Both the position numbers and the translations under genes were made by a program. Below the pieces are notes generated by a model, which was not told where the DNA came from, did not search any database, and saw nothing but the letters and a program-made list of their open reading frames with translations. DNA of 63,112 nt, the filler included, from Licmophora abbreviata (Eukaryota): NCBI GenBank assembly GCA_900291995.1. It is 15 parts of 15 records of this genome, joined end to end, with 100 filler letters (N's around TTAATTAATTAA, not from the genome) between each part and the next. Parts side by side here need not be neighbours in the genome. Positions count along the whole stretch, not along the records: positions 43,483 to 50,176 come from OLMU01005803.1; positions 50,277 to 51,526 come from OLMU01005805.1; positions 51,627 to 52,627 come from OLMU01005806.1; positions 52,728 to 54,841 come from OLMU01005807.1; positions 54,942 to 55,966 come from OLMU01005809.1; positions 56,067 to 58,068 come from OLMU01005810.1; positions 58,169 to 59,459 come from OLMU01005813.1; 8 more parts are not named here. One strand, written 5' to 3'. Below are positions 49,197 through 59,559 of the stretch, in pieces (the stretch's first letter is position 1; each line of letters begins with the position of its first letter).

Positions 49197-49733
49197 ATGA
49201 TGATGTTTCAAAGTGTCTCCATTCTCTTGCTCGCTTCCTGCGTGTCAGGTCAGCCATCGGCACCTTCCGCACCGTTGTCGCCTTCTGCACCATTCTCACC
49301 TTCCGCACCTTCCTCGCCTTCCGCACCGTTGTCCCCTTCTGCACCTTTCTCACCTTCCGCACCCTCGGTTGGTTCCCCAACCGCAACAGCTCCAAGTGAC
49401 GAGCCCCCAGCCGCATCACCAAACACGGCGCCCAACCAAGCTCCCGCTTCCCCTGCCGCCCCGACTGGCGGCCCCCCAGTCGCGTTACCAACAGTGACGG
49501 CTCCAGCCGCTGCTCCCACAGCCCCGAATTCTGGCATGGTACAACCCACAATGCGACCTGCTGGTACACCGACGGAAAGTCCTGTGACGCCTCCAGATTC
49601 TCCAACAGAAATACTGACTACTTTTCCTCCGGTGGCTCCTCCCCCAACGAGCGACGCTTCGAGCAGAGGCCTTCTACTTGCCGTCCTCTGCCTTGTTGTT
49701 GTTGTTGTTGTTGGTGCAGCTGAAGTGTACTAG
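49197..49733 (+). CDS. Pro/Ala/Ser/Thr-rich secreted, probably GPI-anchored, arabinogalactan-protein-like protein
   Basis: Signal peptide; 18-nt (xSPSAP) repeats; C-terminal SDASS followed by a hydrophobic tail. Confidence 0.8.
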   Translation: MMMFQSVSILLLASCVSGQPSAPSAPLSPSAPFSPSAPSSPSAPLSPSAPFSPSAPSVGSPTATAPSDEPPAASPNTAPNQAPASPAAPTGGPPVALPTVTAPAAAPTAPNSGMVQPTMRPAGTPTESPVTPPDSPTEILTTFPPVAPPPTSDASSRGLLLAVLCLVVVVVVGAAEVY

Positions 49734-50459
49734 CAAGAAGGTGCTGCAGACATACGCATCATATCTAATGCGCCACAGATTACAGCTGCAGAAAACGTGA
49801 ATGATGAGGATAGACACCAGACAGCACGTTACATCGCCCGCAAAGTCATAGTTAACGACGGACGAGCAGTACCTTGCCCAAACGTATGATAGTTGGATGA
49901 TAGACACTCACTTGGATTGTAGTCTACGAGTATTTGTGGCCATGTATTTCATATGTCGCTCCAGGACTGTTTTCTAGAGGTCACAAATGACGACAAGGTA
50001 AACATATGACGGAGAAGTTGTAGTATCATACTAGTATCATAATCATGGGTAGGCAACATCACTCTAAAACTGGTTCTCTTTTATTTAGTACCTGGTAGAG
50101 AGAGACTCAACAAATCATCGTATGATAGCATCGTAGCCAATATTATATCTCATCCTGCGGCGTCCTCCTTCAACATNNNNNNNNNNNNNNNNNNNNNNNN
50201 NNNNNNNNNNNNNNNNNNNNTTAATTAATTAANNNNNNNNNNNNNNNNNNNNNNNNNNNNNNNNNNNNNNNNNNNNGTTAACCTCACTACATGAACACTT
50301 TCATTGAAATACGAAGAAGAGAGTCGGCTGTCACCTTCGGCGAGGGGTGCCCGTCTCTGGCTACCGTCAGGCATCGTCACATTCGGGGAGCATGCCTAGA
50401 TGTTGACAAGTGAAAGAAAAAAGACTTGATCCGGCACCATCTTCACCACTAACTGCCTA

Positions 50460-50876
50460 TTAGGCACCTAGAAAACAGGTTCTCGTGCTGAGAGGATTGC
50501 ATGTCTTGGGGCAGCACGTTGCGGGGCAAGTGCGACGAACTTTCTGTCTGGAGCAAAGCTCCCTCGCCTTCGGGATCGAGACACGCTTTAGATCTTCGCA
50601 GGTTTGCCCTTTGGTGACCACGGTATTGTCATCTTCGCAGACAAACATTGGAGACTCCGTGGGGGCAAGCGACATGCTAGGCTCCGCTGTCTCCAAGGCG
50701 ACCCTTCCCGGTGTGTCGAACTCAAGGTCAAGCTCAAGGCCACGATCCTCTGGAATCTCATGCGAATCTTCCAAGTACGAACGGATGCCCTCACGGGCAC
50801 CTACAGGGCTGAACGCCATCACCATCAGCACTGTGAGGAAGAGAGCGTAGCGAACACGCAGCATGGTCTTCGGCAT
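50460..50876 (-). CDS. Small secreted protein with ShKT-like Cys domain
   Basis: Signal peptide; RGL (RxL-like) site; PSMSLAPTESP linker; CEDD...TC...C....RRTCPATC. Confidence 0.65.
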   Translation of the reverse strand: MPKTMLRVRYALFLTVLMVMAFSPVGAREGIRSYLEDSHEIPEDRGLELDLEFDTPGRVALETAEPSMSLAPTESPMFVCEDDNTVVTKGQTCEDLKRVSIPKARELCSRQKVRRTCPATCCPKTCNPLSTRTCFLGA

Positions 50877-51950
50877 GGTGGACTTCAACGTTTTACGCCG
50901 ACTGGTGATGATACTTTATGAGCAATCATGAACCGGGAGAGCTCGCTGAAAAACAAAAGACAATCGCTGTTTTTAGCGATGGGATGTTACTATACAAGAC
51001 CGTGTTGGTATTAATAGTAGTGAGATCGGCATGCGCACGATTTCAACCGTCAGTCATTTATGGAAAAGACCGTTAGGGCTCGATTGCATTTAACGGAGTG
51101 ACCTCTCCGCCCTGTACGGAAGCCGGCACAGCCTCTCTTCGGTATCGTACATATTCCCTATCGCTGGAATCATTCGAGTCGATTGAATCAAGGAAGATGA
51201 CTCACTCGACTGAATCGACTCACTCGAGTGCTTGGACGATTCGACTCATTCGAATGAATCAGAATCAATCAATCGGAAATGACAGATGCCAAATAAATCA
51301 TAAAATGATAAAATGACGATGATGATTGGGTCGAGTGCATGAGTCAGCCATTCATCTCTCTCAGCTCTCAGCAAAGATCGAATCGTGCACAGATGGATTC
51401 TCTTCGCATCTCAATATGTTCGACTAGCTGCATGCGGAGGCCAATATTGCACCGCGTCTATGCGGTAGCTGCTTGAGCTGATGTCGCATGTGACATGCAT
51501 GTATGTGACTTCTGACATGCCGTATCNNNNNNNNNNNNNNNNNNNNNNNNNNNNNNNNNNNNNNNNNNNNTTAATTAATTAANNNNNNNNNNNNNNNNNN
51601 NNNNNNNNNNNNNNNNNNNNNNNNNNTCGTTTTAATGGTTATACAAGCGCATATATATGGATTAAATACCAGAAATTTCTATACACCCGTACTCATTCCG
51701 TAGGTTTCATATGCAAACGAAGCAATCTTGCGAGGGGAGCCACGATCGGTCGGTCACCCTCTTTCGGGTTCACTTTCCCTCGTTGTATTCTCACTATTCG
51801 CCAGGTACCTTGTATTGACTCCGCGTCCACTAGAGTCCTCTATTGACAATCGAACAGGCCCTGAAAGCATAATTTGGATCCCTTGGGTGTTCACGTATTC
51901 TCGACACCGTTAGAAAGACCGAATCTTCTGAAACCATCTTGTAAAACGCC

Positions 51951-52627
51951 ATGGATATCTCGGTCTTGGCCGCCGTCGGTTCCTTTGCGGTTTCGGAACG
52001 AATTCTGAAGCCCAAGGCCACGGTATTGGTCATTCTGGGCTGTGTTCTGTGCTACGACTTAACTACGAAGACCCATGATGTTTCCGGTCTCCGAGTCTAT
52101 CGAGGTTAGTAGCCGGAACCAAGACAGAGTGAAATGCCAATGAGAAGTCATGTGCCATCCTGACCTGTTTGTTTGTTTCAACTTCTCAGGACCGTCTCTC
52201 TTAGCCTTCACACTCATGTGTTGTGCCTACTCCTTACGAACCTGGAGGCGAAACGGTGTAGCATGCGATGAGCTCATATTCTTACCGGGTACACCGCATG
52301 GGCAGACGCATGGCCTCGTGGACGAAGCGGAATCCGCATCTTCGCCACCACCGTCACAGCCTTTGCGATCGGAAGGCGACGCGGCGGCAGGTTTGGCACC
52401 GGCGCAAGCCGCGCGATCCTCGCTTATATCTCGGAGGTCCTCGCTTGGCAGCCGCGATGGTCGTGATCAGTCCTCGCTTGCGACATCGAGTCACCACCGA
52501 CGGACTAAGAGAGAACGCGCTGCTTCGGGCGACTCGACTGGTGTTGAAATGAACGCGCTCTTGAGCTCGAAGACGGGACCTCCTGATGACGGCAACGAGA
52601 GCTGGGACGATGATGACGACGATGAGG
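51951..52627 (+). CDS. EXS-family (ERD1/XPR1/SYG1-like) membrane protein, N-terminal part (intron 52105-52189; 3'-truncated)
   Basis: Spliced ...LRVYR|GPSLLAFTLMCCAYSLRTWRRNGVACDELIF resembles the YRG...W...LIF region of EXS proteins. Confidence 0.55.
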
Positions 52628-52727
52628 NNNNNNNNNNNNNNNNNNNNNNNNNNNNNNNNNNNNNNNNNNNNTTAATTAATTAANNNNNNNNNNNNNNNNN
52701 NNNNNNNNNNNNNNNNNNNNNNNNNNN

Positions 52728-54841
52728 CAAGCCAAGTTTTCGGGCAAGTCATGTTGCGAATTTGCACGGAACAAGGCAAGATCCGCCTGCGTCAACTTGA
52801 TCTCAAACATGCGCATCATACCATCTCTCACCTCGTCAAGGGAGATCGTTCCAGAATCATCGATGTCGAACTCCTCGTAAAGCTCGGCCGGGTCCCAATC
52901 GCTGACGCTCATTTTCCTTCCGAGCTCGGCCCGGCGGAAGGCGTTCGAAGCAAATCGTTTCACATCGCGGTAATATGCTCTCTCGATAACTTTGATTTCC
53001 TCTGCAAACTGGTTCTCGAGGCCCTTTCGGATGTCGAAGCCGTCGTAGTCGACAATCATTTCAATCTTTCCCTTCTCCTTGACCAGAGGATCAAGCACAC
53101 CCTTTAAGCCGTTCACCATCCACTTGATATCGTCTTCTCCGTTGATGGTGATGCCAAAGAGCTCCAAGAACATGGTGTGGTCTCTTTCATGGTACCGGAA
53201 GCGTTCGGTCAGCGAGCCGAAGAGCTCGGATCGCATATTCATTCTATCATCGACGAATATGCGAGGATCCATCTTCTTGAGGTCCGGAGAGACGACTGGG
53301 GTAAAATCCATGTGATCCAGAATGTCCTTCTGAAGGTCCACTCCGGGAGCGATTTCAATCAATTCCAAGACATCATGTTTAGCAGTGCGACGAAACACGG
53401 CCCGTTCAGTGACGTAGCAAACTTTCTGTCCCCGCCTGACGGCTTCGTCTCCACTAAACGTCTTTTCAAACACGTCCGCAACAAACTTCTTGACCTTCCC
53501 TTCGCTCTTTATGCTGAGCTGGCCATCACCGGGAATGGAGACTTCAAGACCTTTAGCCGTGAACGGAGCCATGAAGCAAATATCGCTGGTCGACTGGGAT
53601 ATATCGATAAAACCTCCTGGTCCCGTCAAGCGATTCTTTGACATACGAGACACGTTGACATCTCCATTCTTGGAAATTTGGGCCGCGCCGAGGAAGCAAC
53701 GGTCAAGTCCCCCGCCATCATAAAAATCAAACATCTGATTCATTTCCACCAACGCGGACGCGTTGTAGGATGGCCCAAAGCTCTTGCCAGAAGCTGGAAG
53801 TCCTCCAAAGACACCCGGTTCCGTCGAAAGTGTCACATAGTCCAACATGCCTTCCTCAGCAGCGACACTGGCGACTCCTTCCGGCAAGCCGATCCCCAAG
53901 TTAACAATCGAGTTGGGCCTTAGCTTGAAGGCTGCCCTACGGGCGATGAGCTTTCGAATGTCTAAGGGCATTTTAGGGATCTCATCTGACGGAGATTTAA
54001 TTTCGCCAGTTAGGGCAGGATTGTGAGTTTCTTCAAAGCTCATAGGATGAAGTGTGCCATGGTCTGCAGGGTCTTCGACGACCACCACGCAGTCCACGAG
54101 TGGACCTGGAACGACAATGTTCTTGGAGCTCAACGATCCGTTTGCTGCCAGCCGCTTCACCTGAGCAATGACAACACCACCGCTGTTTCGCGCCGCTGCA
54201 GCAATAATCTTTTGGTCGCACAGCAGCGATTCCTCCTCGGCAGTTATGTTGCCCTGCGCATCCGCGGTCGTACCACGGATAATGGCAACATTGACGGGTA
54301 ACGCTTTGTACATGAGCTGATCTTGTCCTTCAATTTGAATTCGCGAAATTAGCTTTTCATGGAGTGTGCTCTTCCTGGCTGCTTCGTTTGCTGCTCCTCC
54401 GGATATGCACGGATCGACATATGTACCGATGCCGACATCGGTGATGTGCCCAGGTGAGTGCGTGGACTGCGCACGGATCATCCGAGATACGGACCCCAAT
54501 GGGAGCGTCCAAGCCTCGACTTGCTCAGTCAGCGCTAGATCAGCCACCTTGGGTACCTGCCCATAGTGCGAGCCAATCGTTCTTCGAAGCATGGGCGGTG
54601 CACCTTCGTTGGTCTTGGCCAGGTGATTTAGCCCCCGTGCGTCCCAGTCGCCGGGTCCACCCCCAAATAGAAGAGTCAGATTACTCGGACTGCCCGTTTC
54701 TTCATATCGTTCTCCGAGTGCCTTCAAGACAGCCTCTGGCACTCCCTGACAGACAAACCCAGAAGCGCAAACGGTATCGCCGTTGCGAATCAACGACACG
54801 GCATCGGTGGAACTTATCACTTTCTGCCGGATGCGTTCGGG
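52728..54841 (-). CDS. Family I acyl-CoA:acetate/propionate CoA-transferase (YdiF/Pct-like) with C-terminal extension and EF-hand; truncated at both ends
   Basis: SGFVCQGVPE, GIGTYVDP, IIRGTTADAQGN, VNLGIGLPEGV, STEPG (catalytic Glu), FDFYDGGGLD, GPGGFIDISQ and YVTERAVF; EF-hand loop DIDDSGTISLDE. Confidence 0.92.
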
Positions 54842-54941
54842 NNNNNNNNNNNNNNNNNNNNNNNNNNNNNNNNNNNNNNNNNNNNTTAATTAATTAANNN
54901 NNNNNNNNNNNNNNNNNNNNNNNNNNNNNNNNNNNNNNNNN

Positions 54942-55966
54942 TGGGTATGAAATGCGGCCACGTGTCATGGGATTCTATTTTCAAAACGCCATGAGCAACA
55001 GCTGGATCGGGGCACAGCGGCTGGAGCCAAATTTGAAACGTCGACTGTCTCATCACTATGGAGGTGGGGACCTGACTACTCTCCAAGTCACCGCACAGCT
55101 GCGTCTACAGAATTCGGATGACTACGAGTATGGTAGACAGGACTCAATGGAAGAAGGGGACTGTAGTGCACAGTATGATTGGCAGAAACAATCCTATCCG
55201 ACGTGCAACACAATGCACGAACAGGACTTGAGCGATCTGCATGCCGGTGACGACAATCAACTGCCCGTGCAGTTCCTGGCGAACGGCTACTGGCGCGACG
55301 TCTGGATGGTTCAAGGGGTTGATGCAAGAAATGCCACATCCAGGACCGTGAAGTACGCTCTCAAGACGATGCGGTACAGGCATGATTTTGAAGAACGAAA
55401 CTATGATCGACATCGCCGTGATGCAGTAGCCATGATGCAACTGTCCAAATCTCAGTATATTGTTGATATATATGCCTTCTGCGGTAATTCGGGTGTCAAC
55501 GAGTTTTCTACCGGTGGGGATATCGAAGATCTGATCTGGTACAGTGACGAAAAAGACGAGGTTTCTGCTTCGATGCGTCTGATTGTGGCCTGTCAAGCGG
55601 CGATCGGACTGTCTCATGTGCATACCTTGGTAGGTGAGACTACAATACCAGCCATTGCACATACGGATATAACAACCAGTCAATTTGTATTAATTGACGG
55701 AATCTACAAGTTGAACGACTTTAATCGGGCCCGATTTATCACTTGGGACGTCACTAAGGATGAGGCGTGCCCGTTTCGCGTGGGAAACAATCCAGGGGCG
55801 TTTCGGGCCCCCGAGGAGTACAACTACGAGGGCGAAACAGAAAAAGTTGATTTATATTCACTGGGGAATGTGTTTTACTGTCTGTTAACGGACAGTTGGC
55901 CGTTTGAGGATGAGAAGGACGAGGATGCGATCGAACTCGTGATGCGAGGCAGACGCCCATCGATTG
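54942..55966 (+). CDS. Atypical protein kinase, PKDCC/VLK/POMK-like; truncated
   Basis: LANGYWRDVW, YALK, AHTDITTSQFVLIDGIYKLNDFNRA, FRAPEEY and EKVDLYSLG. Confidence 0.75.
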
Positions 55967-56066
55967 NNNNNNNNNNNNNNNNNNNNNNNNNNNNNNNNNN
56001 NNNNNNNNNNTTAATTAATTAANNNNNNNNNNNNNNNNNNNNNNNNNNNNNNNNNNNNNNNNNNNN

Positions 56067-58048
56067 TGACAAATGGCGAAACGAGGCGAATCGCCCGAAC
56101 AACTTCAGAACTGACAGGAGCAATTCTGGCATCAGGAGGACGGTACTGAGCCCCGTTGACAGGGTCGTCATGGATCGCCTTTGCCAAGTTCTCTAGAGTG
56201 CGCGCTGTATTCTTCACGGTTGTACGATGGATCGCAATACAGAGGGCGGATGCGACAGTCATGACACCAGGCTTCACCAGAGCGCTAGCTTCTTCACTCA
56301 TGGCAATATCGCAAAGTTTGGAGAGGGACGGTCCGAGCATGCGAACTCCGTCAAGGATGCGAAGACCGGCGGCTGCCGCTGATGCCGCATCGCGAACTGA
56401 GAGATGAGAAAGCTCAGCCTTGGAACCAGACGACTGGCCAATACCACCTTCTTTGAGAAACACTGTTTCGATGATGTCCATCGTCTTGTCGACTGCAGCA
56501 GCGACCACGTATGAGTATGCAGCCACGCATGCCTTCTGATACCAGGGAGCTACAATTGGTGCGTCCTCGTCTAGCGGCTGCTGGTTTGCGGACGGCGCCA
56601 CGACGGCACGATACACGCTCTAGATGTGCGACAAAGCCGGAAGTTAGAAGGCGATCTCCGCCGTGCAAAATCGAGCCTCGTCCTCCCAACGACTCACCTT
56701 TTCTCCAGCAACCACCACCATAGCGTGTTCGAGACAACGCACGGCATCCCTTGCCGCAATTTCCGCCTTCTCATCCTCTTCACGATCCTCAGCCCGGCGC
56801 TTCTCAGCCTTCTTCTTGCGCTCAGTCTTGAGGCGGCGGTAGTATCCGTCAACTGTTTTGAACGCAATCTGCTTTCGCGCTTCGCCATATGCATCCAGTT
56901 GCGGAAAGCCGGTCTTCAAAGCTTTCTGAGTCAAATCAGTGTATCCTCCTGATCCAACTTTCTCCGTGCGAGCTACCTTGTTGGCCGACACACCGTATGC
57001 GCTCGCAAGAGCCGACGGTTCTCGCTTGCGAGGAGGACCCAAGTGGTAGCCATCCCCACCGAGACACTCAAAGACAGCCCGCATTTCGCGGACAGGACGG
57101 GTCTCAACCGGTTGAATATCTTCATACTCACCAATGGCCTTGAGAAGATCTCGATTCTCCAAGGCGGTCGTCAGCCTATGGCGTGTCTGCGTTGAGAAGA
57201 ACAAGCAAACGCAGAGAAGTAAAATGCATGTGAGATGTGAGGTTCTCGAAAACTACCATACCAAACCAGCCATGCTTCTATCCCTCCAGGAAAGTCTTTA
57301 GAATACTCACCTCCGCAGGCGTTTCACTCAATTTCGGAATGACAGGACCGCCTTCCTTTGACGGCCGTTTCAGGCGCATCGCTTGCCCTGACGAGAGAAG
57401 ATACGAAGAAACCAGCGTGCACATACTGTTGACTCCCATTTTGTGAACACGCTCAATTCCTCCAAGAGCCGTCGGCGCAGACTTCCAGTGCTTGTGGCTC
57501 AAGAAGTAATCGAACGCATCTTTGATTATTTCCATCGAATCCGCTGCAGAATAGACGTCCTGTTCCGAAATGGCAATGATTGCGCGGACAGGCCCCCCGC
57601 CAAGATCGTCGTCCTCAAATGGATTCTTGCCTCGGTTCGCCCCACCTTTCGCCGTTTTTCCACTCTTCTTTGCCCCCTTGGTCCGACTCTTTTCCATCTC
57701 CATGACCCCCTCGTGAAGGCGAAGAATCGTTGGTTCGCAGTCACTAACCGTTTCGAATCGCTCCCGAGCTTCCCGCATGGCGGACAGCACAGCCGTAAGG
57801 TTGCTAGCCGCCAAGGAGAGCTTTTGGGAGGCATCAGATGCAGGAGATGTGAGAGACTCCAAGTGGCGAGCTCGTTTCAAAAGCCGATCACAGCAGCGAG
57901 CGCTTTCCTTGGTCGTTGTCTGCATCTTGGTCAATTGAGACGTGAGCAGCTGGATCTTTCGTTCGGCATCCGTTGTGGCATCTTTTGATCTCACGCTTGG
58001 ATTCGCCGCCTGCACTAGCGCCAGAACTGATGAGGGTGAGGACGGCAT
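56067..58048 (-). CDS. EXO70: Exocyst subunit Exo70-like, N-terminal part (exons 58048-57311, 57186-56698, 56619-56067; 3'-truncated)
   Basis: N-terminal coiled coil ..RLLKRARHLESLTSP..L..SNL..; helical body; GT-AG introns, one with a CTAAC branch point, restore the frame. Confidence 0.65.
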
Positions 58049-58329
58049 CGTGCACTTCAGAAAAACAGNNNNNNNNNNNNNNNNNNNNNNNNNNNNNNNN
58101 NNNNNNNNNNNNTTAATTAATTAANNNNNNNNNNNNNNNNNNNNNNNNNNNNNNNNNNNNNNNNNNNNGTCGAATGTCACAGTCATGGTGTATCATGTTT
58201 TGTATTCATAAGTGCCGCTACGTATATATGAATGCTTCGCCGACTTATGACCTCAACTATGGTATGAAACATTTCACGTAAATTGAATGCTCAGCAAACT
58301 CTAATGAATCCGCACCGAGTCCTCAACAA

Positions 58330-59412
58330 CTATTCTCTGCTATCGAGATACACCTTCCACATGCGCTGTAGCACCTGGTAAGCGCGCGGATCGTGTTCTT
58401 TCACTTGATCCCTGTAGAAAGGGAACCACTTGTTGTGCTCTTTGGTCCCATCAAGCCCCCCCAAGAACGCCACAGACAGCTCAGCGAAGTATTCCATTTG
58501 GTTCTCACATGCATACGCCTTCGTGGGTGTGTTGCGTCCGTGCACGGGTACACAGTCGTATAGCCTATCCTTCATGGCCTTCTTGTAACACTCGGTGATC
58601 TCGTCATTGTTGTATCCATCCTCGACGACCTTCCAATGGTACGCATGACTCAGCTCATGTAATATCAAGCCCCCTGGACCCCACTGCTTTCTATCTTTCA
58701 TGTAGTCGGCTGCTCGATAGATTTCGACACACCCGGCCTTATCAGCACTCATTCCATTTTCAACAAGCCACGCTTTACCTGGATGAAAGCAGCAAGCACG
58801 TGCATTCACGGGACAGACTGCCGGGCCATATTTCTGAGAGCGATTGATGTAAATGGGAGTTCTCTTCTTCAAGTACTTGCAAGCATGAGGTGGTAAGCAC
58901 TTGGTCACTGCCTTGACATCTGTGATCAGCTGCTTGCGAAGTCCAGGACAACCCATATCCCAACCTGGCTCCGCCCGGAAAGGCCATCCACCCAGCTCGA
59001 TTTTGTCGTAGCGTTTGTTAGTTGTATCGATAGGTTTCTTGTCAAAGACCCCCTCGCTCACGGACAGGTGCCATACGGAAGAGCCCTCATTCTGCTCCTC
59101 GTCGTTATCAGCATCCGTCTCAAGTATGCTGGAAGTACCACGAAGCATCCCCCAACATTTTTCGACTGGAGGACGTGGCCAACACGCGACTCTGTCCGAT
59201 TTCGTCCACGATATGGTCACCACATGAACTGCCGTTTCCGATTCTGGGGACTTGAGACTTAAGCAGGATGGTCGATAGCCCCCAATGACAGTATTGGGGT
59301 CTAATACTTTGGACTTTCGTACCGCATCGTGGTCCTCGCAGCATGCAAGAGCAAAGCAATGACGGACGAAGCTATGCTCCATTCGATCATTCTTAGTCAC
59401 GTGAGCATCCAT
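58330..59412 (-). CDS. HEXXH zincin metallopeptidase (anthrax LF/MtfA-like bacterial type)
   Basis: LILHELSHAYH, AYACENQMEYFAELSVAFLG and WFPFYRDQVKEHDP. Confidence 0.75.
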   Translation of the reverse strand: MDAHVTKNDRMEHSFVRHCFALACCEDHDAVRKSKVLDPNTVIGGYRPSCLSLKSPESETAVHVVTISWTKSDRVACWPRPPVEKCWGMLRGTSSILETDADNDEEQNEGSSVWHLSVSEGVFDKKPIDTTNKRYDKIELGGWPFRAEPGWDMGCPGLRKQLITDVKAVTKCLPPHACKYLKKRTPIYINRSQKYGPAVCPVNARACCFHPGKAWLVENGMSADKAGCVEIYRAADYMKDRKQWGPGGLILHELSHAYHWKVVEDGYNNDEITECYKKAMKDRLYDCVPVHGRNTPTKAYACENQMEYFAELSVAFLGGLDGTKEHNKWFPFYRDQVKEHDPRAYQVLQRMWKVYLDSRE

Positions 59413-59559
59413 CAGTTCAGTAACACTAAGAGATTTCTGAGGACGGATGGTGTAGAAATNNNNNNNNNNNNNNNNNNNNNNNNNNNNNNNNNNNNNNNNN
59501 NNNTTAATTAATTAANNNNNNNNNNNNNNNNNNNNNNNNNNNNNNNNNNNNNNNNNNNN

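Noticed and set aside
49250..49549. Collagen-like Gly-X-Y ORF (GAEGEK/GAEGDN)
   Set aside because: Antisense shadow of the SPSAP repeat.
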